Shown here: one piece after another, positions 27,818 to 39,011 of the stretch
Layout: every line of letters starts with the position of its first letter
Numbering within the stretch: the first letter of the stretch is position 1
Source of the DNA: Cenococcum geophilum
Lineage: Eukaryota
Assembly (NCBI GenBank): GCA_050273025.1
Contig: CP158636.1
Span: forward strand, 8,060,001-8,124,000
Reading direction: 5' to 3'
DNA: 64,000 nucleotides
Program-made: the position numbers and the translations under genes
Notes under the pieces: generated by a model
What the model saw: only the letters and a program-made list of their open reading frames with translations
The model's database searches: none
What the model was told of the DNA's origin: nothing

Positions 27818-30800
27818 CTAACACCCTAAAAAAAGCTCCTAGAAAAGATAGTTATAAAATGTATATAAGAAGCGGCGGAAGTATAGACGCTGCTACTATG
27901 GACATAAATAGGCGTAAGAAAGAAAAGATTAACTCTCTTAGCTCTTTCCCTAATTACCTCTTATATTTAAGCGGTATAGTAAGCTTACTTAGGATATACT
28001 ATATTTATACTAAGCCTTGACCTAAGCGGAGTATTAGATAATATATTATATAAAAAACTTTTATAGATTCTAAGGAATAAAGGCCTACTAAACTAGATAA
28101 TTAGGTTTATTTAAGCCTTTTTAATAGGGCGTACTATAAAAATTATAATTAAGGGCTATAAAAGCGAATTAATACTAATACCTCTAGATATCCTATAGGG
28201 ATTACCCTTATTACTAATTCTATTCCTATTCTTTATATTTAAACTACTAGAAATATATAATAATAGCTAGGATATAATAGCCCTAGGATTTATAGATAAT
28301 ATAAATCTAATTATATAGGAAAATATAGTAATAGAAACTATATTAGGCTAAACTAAGCATATAATAGGTATATCGTATAGGTAAAACAATACGGCGCTAA
28401 ATTCGCATTAGATAAATACTACTTTATCTACTTTATAAGGAAAAGGAGGGTAAGTAGTAACCTAGCCTTAATAGTAAATATCTAGAGCTATAAAGTAAAA
28501 CTAGAAGCTACCCTTGTTACGAAGTGAGTATAAGCGACGATAATATATAGCAAGGTAGATATTATTAAGCTATATATATAAACTGTATAAGGAGGTTAAG
28601 ACGTTACGTAAGGAAAGAAGGTAGGAAAATGGGAAGAAAGGGTATATATCGTTGACTTAGTTGCTTAGTTAATATATACATAGGTAGAATAAAGTTCAGG
28701 TTGTAGTCCTAGCAGAACTTGGCAGAATTTAGTAGAACTAGGCAGAATATGGCAAAATGCCGTAGATTGCCGTTAGATTGCCATTAAATTGCCGTTAGAT
28801 TGCTATTTCGCAGTTAGTCTTTAATTACTAAGTTAGTAAAAATAGGTGGACGTGTGTAAGGTGTTACGGGGGTATCCTATGACAGTACCCCCCCTTTAAA
28901 CTTAAGCTTCTGCGAGATAGGGCTATAGTAGTTTTAAGTAGAGTTTATAAAAGTCTTCTATGGCTTATATAAGTCCTATAGAGTTAATAGGTTCCCATAA
29001 GAACTTAGTAAAGCCTCTCCATTTTATAAGGTACATATATTAGCGTTTCCATTTATTATACTTAATATTATTAATTCTTTTAATAAAGTATTCGTTCTCA
29101 CTATCTACTTTAACTAGTAGGGAAGGGTTTTATATCTATTTAGGCAGGGCGTCTAATACGGGGGTAGTAGGGCGGAGGACTAACGTATAGAATACGGGGT
29201 GGATTTTAACCGTATTAGGGAGCTTTAGTTAGTAGGCATAAGGAGAGATAACCTTTTTAACCTTATAAGGGCCAGCGTTCTTCCAATTAAGTTTCTTAGT
29301 AGGTTGTTTTATATTTAGATTTCTTATATCTAGCCAGATAAAATTACTAATTTGGTAGGCTGGTGCTAGGGTTTATTTCTTATTCGCTGCGGCTTTATAG
29401 ACAGATTAAGCCTATATTATCTTATTAGTAAGGAACTGTTATAGTTCCTCCATCTTCTCTACGAATTTATTTACTTCTGCGACTTATAAGGCGTAATAAG
29501 TAAGGAAAGAAACATTACTAAAGGGTGCAAAACCTATTTATGGGTGCTAGCCGTAATTGGCTAGGAACGGAGAGACTTTCGTGGTTTCTGAGATGGAATT
29601 ATTTATAGTAAACTCGGCGAATACGAGCCAGTTAATCTAGTCATCCTATAAATACGACATGTATATCCGAATATACTATTCCATTATAGTATTTACACGT
29701 TCCGTTTAGCCATCCGTTTTTGGGTAATATGTAGTAGATAATAGTGCTTTAATACGGAGTTGAGTAGTTAGTTCTTTTTAGAATGCCGAGATAAACTAGC
29801 TACCTTTATTGGAGATAATTGTTTTGGGGAGTCTGTAGAGTTTCTATACGTAATCTAGGAATAGTTAGGCGACGGCAGGCGTTAATATATTAAGGCAGGC
29901 GATTAAGTATCTTATTTTAGATAGTTAGTCTATAACTACTATAATATTTATACAGCCTCTACTCTTAGGAAGATTAATAATAAAGTTAATTAAGATATCC
30001 TTCTATCTTCAGTCCGGAACAGGTAGTAGCTTTAAAAGACCGTTATACGTCTTATGCGAGGCTTTAGCTTATCGGTAGGTATAGCAGCTAAAGATGTACC
30101 TTTATATCGTGTTATGCATGTTCGGCTAATAATACTCCCATTAGAGTAGTTCTAAGGTCTTTTTTTGGCCCGGGTGGCTAGTAACAGGTAGATTGTATAC
30201 GTGTTTAAGGAGTTTAAGCTTAAGCTTATTATAATTAGGGATAACTAGACGGTTCTAATAATACAAACGGTTTCCGTGGGCTTTGCATTTACTTAAAGAA
30301 ATCTTTTTAGAGCGTCTAATACTATCTTGCATTAACTTAAGCGTCTCTTAGATAAACTTATTATTTGGGTATTTATTAACTATAATCTGTTTAATCGATT
30401 AATCAGTTATTTTAAGAACGTGTACTATAAGATCTTTAGTAGGAGGGTTAAATAGTTTAGGGCGAAGTAGGGTCTGATTTTGGTAAGAGCGCCCTTCCTC
30501 TAAGGCTGGCGCGTCTTATGAGCGTCGGGTTAAGGCATTAGGCTTCTAACCTTAGACACCTAGTTAGTATATAATTAAGAATCGGAAACGAGATAGATAT
30601 TCTAACTAGCGGGCCTAATAATAACTTAGCTGTTTCGTGGTCGTGAAGTACTGTAGGTTCTTATAGTTACTAAAAACCTTAATTAGAAATCTAGCGCCTT
30701 CTAGTTTAGGTCGCCATTATTTAAAATATCTAATAATAGCTAACAATTCCTTATTATAGATCTCGTAGTTACATTTGGTAGGGTTTAGTTATTTTAAGAA

Positions 30801-33800
30801 GTATACTATAGGGTGCAATACTTTATCCTTATTATATTAAGACAGAATGCCTCTAGTAACGTAGTTAAATAAGTCAGCTTTTATAATACTCATTTGGTTC
30901 AGGTCGAAGTATTAGAGCACAGGCGCAGTAGTAAATATGACCTTTAGATAGGTAAAGGCCTTCTTATATTCCTTATTAAAGACAAAGACTTTATCCTTTT
31001 AGGTTGGAGCTATAAGGGGTAAAACTAGGGCGGAGAAGTTATTAATAAACCGTTAGTAGAAATTAGCAAATCCTATAAAGGCTCTTACGTCCTTAACGTT
31101 CTTGGGTTCTTGCTAGTTTATAATTACTTTAACTTTTTTTAGATCCATTTATATACTATTTATAGAAATAAGGAGTCTAAGATATAGGACTTCCATTTTA
31201 TAGAACTTATATTTATCTATATCCAATTATAGACTAGCTCCATATAGGGCTTATAGGACAAAGTTAATATATTTCCGATATTTGGTTAGGTTATTACTAT
31301 ATATTAGGATATTGTTAATATAAGTAGTATAGAAGATGTCTAGGTAGGGGCGTAGGGTGTTATTTATATAATGTTAAAACAAACTCGGAGCGTTTATAAG
31401 GCCGAAGAGTATTACTAAGTACTTAAATAGTTTATATTGGGTACGAAATGTAGTAAGCTATTTATCCCCTTTTGTAATACAGAGATAGTTAAATGCAGAG
31501 ATAATATTAAGCTTCATGTAGTAATGAGCCTTACTTAGTTGGTTTAGCGTCTCTTATATTAGCGGGATCGGATATTAGTTCTTAACGGTAATAGCATTAA
31601 GGGCTTAGTAGTCTATATAAAAGCGTAGACCGCTACTAGGTTTCTTAACGAAGATTACTAGTACGGCTATAGGCGACAAGCTTACTATAATAAATCCTTT
31701 ACTTAGGTTCTTATCTAAATACTTTTATAGCACTTAGAGTTTATTTTAGGATATCCCGTATAAGGGTCTAAATCTAGGCTGCTTTCCTTCTTTAAGTATA
31801 ATCTTATAGTCGTATAGTTGGTATTCTAGTAGCTTATCGGCTTCCTTTTATAAAAATACATCTAGGCGATAATAATACTCTATTAGTACCTTTATAGCAG
31901 GGTTAGTGTACTTCTTTAGTGCTAAGGCCTTCTTAATATCGGCTATTATAATAGCGAAGATCGTATACTCGGGTTTCTTAGCAAGTTACGCTAGCGGGGT
32001 AGCTCTAATTATACGGATATCTAGGGTGCCGAGCTCGCTTAGATTATCTATAGTTTCTTATTTAGATTTAGGTTTGGTATTAGGTACGGAGTTAGTATTA
32101 AATTTGGGTTCAGGTTCTTTAAGAATCCTTTTTATAGTAGAATACCAATCCTTCTAGTATTTTCGTGTATAGAGCTTAAGCTTTTACTTAGCTTGGGGCG
32201 GTGTAGTGCTTAGTAATAACTTATGGAATTTAGTAGAGTTTTTGGATTATCGGTGGAATTTAGTGAAATTCCTAGGTTGGTAAAATCTGGTGGATTCCTT
32301 AGGTATGGGGTAGATAGTTATAGAAATTTTAGACTGGTAGATCCTAGTGGATTTTTTAGATTTTAGTTCTAGGTCTAAGTAGCGAGTTATAAGGCACTTC
32401 TGCTTATAATAGGGGGCAGTAAATAGAAGCTTAAGGTTATTTTAATTAATAGTTACCTTATATAGCTTTATCTAGGGTTGTCTAAGGATTACTAAGTAAC
32501 CTAGGGTGGTAATAAAAAGTTTAATTAATTCTTTATAGTTTAGGTATTGGAGTCTTAGGAATACTATATAGGTAATACAGCTTAAGATGGTGCATTTGCT
32601 ATTAAATCCAAATATATTAATATGCTAGTTAAGGGGGGTTAAGGTAAAACCATTATCTTACGTAAAGATCTTATTAATAAATCCTATGCCGCTAGCTCCT
32701 ATATTAATTAGGATTTAAGTGTTAGCCTATTAACTATTCTACCAAAGACGGCAGTTAATAGTTATGCTACAGTCCTAAGAGTTAGAGTTTGTAACGTTAA
32801 ATGCGTTTAATAAGATCCTATAGCAGAGCTATTCTGGAGAGCGACTTAGCTCTAAAACCTTCCTTTTAGAGGCGATTAGGGTGGGGTTCTTATAGGACAT
32901 TAGCTATAGCTTTATCCTTATAAATGGTACTTATTAGATACAGGGCTAGAACTAGGTAGAGATTAGGGACGGTAACTAAAAGATTAATGCGGTGAACGGC
33001 TGCTAGTATTAGCTATTCGTAATTTATGTTTAGGTATAGGGACGAAGTAGTAGTTAAAGAGGTAAGAGCTACTTCCATATTTAAAGCAGAGGCCTAGCTT
33101 AATGCGTTATTCTCATTTAAAGGACCCTAGTAGGGCATACCCTAGGGTTTTAGTGTCAATATCTATAGCGTTAGGGTGCTTAGGCTAAGATAATAACTTA
33201 GTAAATATTTATAGGGTTGCCGTATTATATTAAGGAGCGGGCTTCGGTATCAGGCGTAGTATATTATTGTATTATTTATTAATAACGTTTGCGCAGGCAT
33301 TAAGGGCTCCCGGTAGGTTTACGCCTATTAGGGAGGTTTTTAGTTTAGGGCTTAGGGATTTAATAAGGCTGTTAATTAGTGCGGAGTTATTCTAGCCTAT
33401 TTCCTTTATATAACGGTTAAATTTAGAGAAGTATACTAGGAAACTTTTCGTTCCTTAAGTTATGTAGTTTATCTTTCTTTAAGTAATAGCTTAGCGGTTT
33501 AGGTTACTATATATAGCTTTAAAAAGTACAACTAGGCTTTATACTAAGTTTGGCTAAAGCGGTTTAATAAGGTTAGCTATATCTCCTCCTAGTCAACTTA
33601 GGGCGTAACAGAGTTGGTTAGCTTTAGTTAGGTAACGGTTAGTATTACTAGTTAGCTTATTTTTAAGCTAGCTTAGAAATAATTGGAGCTTTTATTATTT
33701 ACTAGTAAATACCGGGGGATCTAGTAGTTGTTTGGATTGTTTTAGTATAGTAGTTAGCTTAAGGTAAGTAGTTACTACGGGTTTAGGGCTCGCGTTTTAT

Positions 33801-35670
33801 GTGTTTATCTCTAGAGATAGTGTTTAGTTTTAAGGTCCTAGCGTAGGCACCTTAAGGGCGCGGACTTCTTCTTGGAGGTTCTTAATTAATTGCTAATATT
33901 ATACTTCTTATTCGGCTTGTTATTAATTTAAAGTGGCTTGGTTTTATTTAAGGGCGTTTATAAAAAACTTCTATATCCCTATTAATTATTCTTAGAGTGC
34001 GGATATAATACTAGCGGCCGTTATAGGGGCTTTAGGTTCGTTCTGTATATTAATAGTAGTATAGGTAGTTAACGTAACATAGTGTTACAGAGTAAGTATA
34101 AGCGACGATAATATATAGCAAGGTAAATATTATTAAGCTATATATATAAACTGTATAAGGAGGTTAAGATATTGCGTAAGGAAAGAAGGTAGGAAAACGG
34201 GAAGAAAGGGCATATATTGTTAACTTAGTTACTTAGTTAATACGTGCATAGGCAGAATAGGGTTTAGGTTGTGGTCCTAGCAGAACTTGGCAGAATTTAG
34301 TAGAACTAGGCAGAATATGGCAGAATGCCGTAGATTGCCGTTAGATTGCCATTAGATTGCCGTTAGATTGCCATTTCGCGGTTAGTCTCTAATTGCTAAG
34401 TTGGTGGAAACAGGTAGATGTGTGTAAGGTATTATAGGGGTGTCCTATAACAACCCTTAAGGTCCTAGGGGTTTAGGCAGACTCTATATTAAACTAAAAT
34501 AAGTATATTATATAGACTACTTATAGGGGAGCAGCAGTATTTTTAGCAGTATTATAAATTACTATTTTAATATAGGGGCCTATAGAAGAATACTACGCGC
34601 TATACTAAAACGCAAAGTAGTAGTTCTACTAGTAGACTTATATATTAACTTAACTATTATATAAAGAACAGTTATAGTATAAGGCTACCTAGTAGAAGAA
34701 AATATATAATAAATACTAAAATATATATAAGGAACGAGATATATATATAAAGCGATAGCCCCTTAAAGGGGTAATACGCCTAAATATATTAGCTAGGAAG
34801 CCCTCTACCTATAAGTAATAAAGAGAGAAAAGGAAATATAAGAATTATTAGCTTACTAGGTAAAGACCTAGCGCTATATTAATAGAGCGCTATAATAATA
34901 ATAGAGGATAAGAAGCTACTAATATAGATAGAGATTTACTATACTAATTATAAGATAGGCAGATCTTAAATAGAAGCAATAATAGAAGGAGGTAGTAAAA
35001 ATATAAAACGCAGCTATATATAATACCCTATAGTTAATACTAACTCTCTTCCTATATAAAGGACTAATAAAGGTAAAATCTATAGCTGCCTTTCTACTAT
35101 AAATAAAGGTCCTAGGTCTAAATATATAGCTAGCATCTATATTTTAAATATCTTACCTTAATATATATACGGGTGGCCTATTTAGTTAGTATACTATATA
35201 CTACTATTCTGCAGCTACCGCTTAATAAGAGACTAGCTACTTGCTAGCATAGGCATAAATAATATTACTTAGATACTCTCTATAAGTAGGGGCTTATAGG
35301 TAGTAGTAAAATAGCTTATAGGCTAAGGAATTCTCTAGCAGTTTTAAATAGTATATAAGATTTAATAGGAGGACACTAAATAATACGCCCTATTTTAGCC
35401 CCTTAAGGATTAAATACCCCCAGCTAGCTATAGATAGCTTACTAGCAAATTACTAGACCTTCTTACTACTCCCCTTAGATCTTCTAATATATTTAGGAAG
35501 TATAGTATATAAGGTAGACTAGAAGATATAAAGATATACTAGCTAGGCGAAGATGGAATAAGTAGAACTAGCTAAAAGGAAATACTTAAGGGTTTCCCCT
35601 TATAGGGCTTTTTCCTATATAGACTTAAAAAGGGACCAAATTGGGTAATAAATAGAATTAATAATAATAA
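27818..35670 (+). mobile_element. 5'-truncated LINE L1 (RT to 3' tail), interrupted by Gypsy G3 copy 1
   Basis: 27818-28514 and 34453-35670 match the reverse complement of about 15483-17540. Ends in AATAAATAGAATTAATAATAATAA. 5' boundary approximate. Confidence 0.85.
28515..34452 (-). mobile_element. Full-length chromoviral Ty3/Gypsy element G3, copy 1
   Basis: 370-bp LTRs at 28515-28884 and 34083-34452; TSD ACCCT; PPT AAAGGGGGGGTAC. Order gag-PR-RT (YIxxILIYS)-RNase H-integrase-chromodomain (ENEYF). Confidence 0.96.
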
Positions 35671-35732
35671 TTATATAGGTAGTTATATAGCTAATTATAG
35701 AACCTTCCTAGTATATTAGTGCTGTGTATTAG

Positions 35733-35915
35733 TAGAGCTTTAAAGCTCTATATAAGGTTTTGAGCAGAGCTTCGAGCAGACCCTCAACCAGAGCTTCGAC
35801 TAGAGCTTCGACTAGACCTTTAAGCAGAGCCTCGTGCAGAGCTTTATATAGAGCTTTGTATAGGCATTCGTGCAGGCGTTCGTGCAGGCTTTTGTGCAGG
35901 CGTTTGTGCAGGCAG
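35733..35915 (+). repeat. Degenerate 12-bp minisatellite related to the 13231 array
   Basis: Units such as GCAGAGCTTCGA, GCAGAGCCTCGT and GCAGGCGTTCGT, in the same orientation as the left array. Confidence 0.85.
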
Positions 35916-36270
35916 CGGAGGAGCAATAAAGCAGGTAATAAGGCACAAAATTAATCTAGATACAATATATTAGCTATTTAGGTGTTTATCTACTATAAAT
36001 ATTAATATAGGAGGTCAAATATTAAGGATTGGTGATGGTTAATGGCTCTGGCTGAATATTTGCTATTTTAGCGGTAATATTTAAGGTAAAACGTAGCGGT
36101 AACCACCAGGCTATTTGCAATAATTTTGGCAGCGTTAGAATCGCCTTATAAAGCTCTAGAATATAACGTTGGCCGATTATCTATAAAGGCGTTAGTTCGT
36201 TGTTAATTAATGGCTAAAAATTTAGTATGGCGCGCGAGTTTGTATAAGAATTATATATAAATTGGCGCAA

Positions 36271-36303
36271 GGGACTAACAAATTTCCGAACCGTGTACTA
36301 GAC
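36271..36303 (-). repeat. Inner 33-bp inverted repeat, right arm (partner 12863-12895)
   Basis: GGGACTAACAAATTTCCGAACCGTGTACTAGAC. Confidence 0.9.
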
Positions 36304-36762
36304 GACAACAACATAAGATGATTAATCTGTTATGTAAGCAGCTTATAATTGGCTGATCGTCTAGGACCGAGATAACGACGCTGCCTGTTGGCCACACTGT
36401 AATATATATAAATTAAAGCGCAACTACTAGAAGAACTCTAGCCCGAAATCTTTAAAGTAGTAGTATATATAATAAATAGAATACTAAGTAGACACCTTAA
36501 CTAGAGAACATCTTTTAAAAAGCTTTAATTAGTAATGGGCCTCTTACTAGCTAAGCTAAATATTACTTACCTATATGCCTATAGATGCAGAGCTTACCTA
36601 CTTAAGTATAACATTCCCCATACCTAAAAGCTTACTCCTAGAGCCTATATTAGGTATCTATCTAGTAGGGTATAATTTAATATATATCTTTTAAATATAT
36701 ATCCTAAGTGAAAAGAAGGTAATTTATATAAGAGATGTTACGTTTAATAAGCGACTCGTCTA

Positions 36763-37085
36763 TCCCTTAGCACGTCAATTTGGGTCCAACTGTTATCGAT
36801 AAGATCCAGCCAATTAATTGAGCTGCATTTAACGCCCGCACTTAGGAATACGAAGCTTTTAATAGAGGCCAAACTCCATAGTATTTTATTATATAAGCTT
36901 ATTCTTTGAAGTTGAGTCGCTTAATATGAGAGTACTAACACTTATCCTTTCTGCAGAAATTCTAGCACGATTAGAAGGCATTACGGTAGGTATTTAATTG
37001 CAAAAATCTATATAGATATGTGTTGTTTTAAAAACGGTGTTCCCGCACGGACCACTTATTCGTTGGATCCTAACGTGCTAAGGGA
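36763..37085. mobile_element. MITE, 323 bp, Tc1/mariner-type
   Basis: Perfect 13-bp TIR TCCCTTAGCACGT extended by GG(G/A)TCCAAC. TA on both sides (36761-36762, 37086-37087). Interrupts C2 and retains many CA/TG dinucleotides. Confidence 0.9.
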
Positions 37086-38555
37086 TAATAATAGCTAGCT
37101 AAATTTAGTAAATTTGCTTTAGGAGAAAGCTAATTAAATACTAGACGTAATTAATATAATTAACCCTAATAGGATACTCTAAGAAAACCTAGTAGAAGAT
37201 ATAAATAAGGACAATAAGATTTTAGATAAAATTTAAGTAAGAATTAATAAAATTTAATATGTAGACTTAGTAGAAATTAAAACTATAAGGAGCTAGATAC
37301 CTAAGATAATAATATAATTATAGTAAACACCTCTAAGACCGATCCTCTACCTAGCCTTCCTATACTAGAATTAACGCTAGAGCCTTAATCGTTTCCTACT
37401 AATATAGAATCCTTAAGCACCTTAAGCACCTCTAGATCCTCCGCTCTATTTACCTATTAACGCCCCAGTTTTAAGTACATTTAAATTAACCTAAAGGAGT
37501 TAAGGGAGGGAGACTTAGCTAAAGTCTCTAAGGACAATATTATATAAGGAAGAAGATTAAAGAAGCTACCTAAGCGCTATAGGGCTTATTTAACTTACCT
37601 TAAAGAGGTAAATGCTTTCCAACTAATTTAAGCAGCCTTTTATACAGGCCTTAAATATTAAAGGAAAATACACTATAATAAGCTTTTACCTCCTCCTAAG
37701 AACTAAAAGGAGCTTTTAACTTATTAATATAGGGTAGAGTTTTTAGTAGCTGCTATAAAGGAGTATATAGACCTTAACAATTATAGAACGTTTAAAGCTG
37801 TAGATAAGACTCTATCTATTAAAATAGTGCCTACTAAGTAGGTATTTACCTACAAGATAGATACTAACGGATACCTAATAAAGTTTAAAGCCCGACTTTA
37901 TGTAAGAGGTAATCTATAAGAGTTAATCTATAAAGATACCTATGTAGTAACTCTAGCAGCTAAAGTCTTTAGAGCTCTTATAGTAATTATTATAGTATTT
38001 AATTTAGATATCTAGTAAGGTAACGTTATTAACGCGTTTGCAAATAGCTTAATTAATAAGATAGTCTATATTAAGTGTCCGGACAGGTTTACTATTAAGG
38101 GCAAATATCTACTACTACGCAGAGCTCTCTATGGACTTCGACGATTACTACGTCTTTAGTATAATAACTTTAGTTAAGAACTTATTAAATTAGGGTTAAA
38201 GCCTATTAGTAGGGAGCCGTATCTCTACTATAATAACTTACTAATCGTGTTCTTCTATATAGATAATATCTGCGCCGCCTTTATTATAGAAAATTAATTA
38301 AAGCTCTAAAGGTTTAAAAAGGTAATTATAAATAAGTATAAGATAAAGGACATTAGTAAACTTACCTAGTTTTTAAGAATTTAAGTTATAAAAGATAGAA
38401 GTTAAAGGAAGCTTTAGCTCTATTAAGACTCCTATATTAAAAAGATTGCTAATAATTTTTACCTAACTAACATGCGCCTAGCTAGTACGCCTATAGGCAC
38501 TAATAAGCTCCTACCTAATCTAGAGGAAGCCTTAAAATAAAACACCAACGTCTAC

Positions 38556-38747
38556 TGTAAGCTTTGCAATGTGGGTATTAAATAAGCGACTTAATTGTAA
38601 ATCTATGGAAATCAAGTAATATAAATACACGAAAGTAGACCCCTAACTCCGAAGCCTATAACTTATATTAAACGCATCCGAGATATATAAGGGTAGTACT
38701 AACGTAGGTAAAATAGGGTAATATGTAAGGTCCGGTAGTCGGTTACA
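38556..38747. mobile_element. Solo LTR (192 bp) of a family not otherwise present in the window
   Basis: TGTAA...TTACA termini; 5-bp TSD TCTAC; C2 RT frame (..VY|QRMIG) rejoins across it. Confidence 0.9.
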
Positions 38748-39011
38748 TCTACTAAAGAATAATAGGATTACTATTTTACGCGACTTATATTATAAGGCCC
38801 AATACAGCTAGAGCCTTAAGTAAGCTATTAGAGTTCCTATAAAATCCTTTACCCCTATATAACGCCGCAGCTTATTAAGCGATAGCCTACTTATATTAAA
38901 CTTAGACTCTTATAATTAAATACTTAGGTTAGAATATAGGGAGTAAGGCCTTTATAGGGGCAAGTAACGCGGCATTTAGAGATAACTTAATTAGTAAACG
39001 TAGTACGGAAG

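Larger units (their letters stand above)
12974..35954 (+). pseudogene. Putative spliced cargo gene of the hAT-like element, RIP-mutated and disrupted by insertions; product unknown
   Basis: ATG at 12974 (MARITKSNLAKK...). GTAAGC donor at 13207 and acceptor at about 13712. Exon 2 pieces at 13713-13768, about 14960-15008, about 20753-20984, 27236-27446 and 27742-27792 join in one frame whose stops are TAA/TAG. Second intron-like ends at about 27793 and GCTAAT..TAG at 35700. The 3' end is uncertain. Confidence 0.4.
11912..36399. mobile_element. hAT-like TIR DNA element, about 3.1 kb net, inflated to 24.5 kb by nested insertions; no transposase recognised
   Basis: TIRs CAGTGTAGCCAACAGTCAGCGT (left) and CAGTGTGGCCAACAGGCAGCGT (right, reverse complement). 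Perfect 8-bp TSD TAATATAT at 11904-11911 and 36400-36407. The C2 integrase continues across the element. Confidence 0.85.

Noticed and set aside
33340..33360. TTAGGG motifs as telomeric repeats
   Set aside because: They are isolated hexamers within gag (also near 52021), with no array.
11912..36399. Starship or other giant cargo transposon
   Set aside because: No tyrosine-recombinase captain gene was seen. The size is due to nested TEs (net about 3 kb), and the ends are TIRs with an 8-bp TSD.
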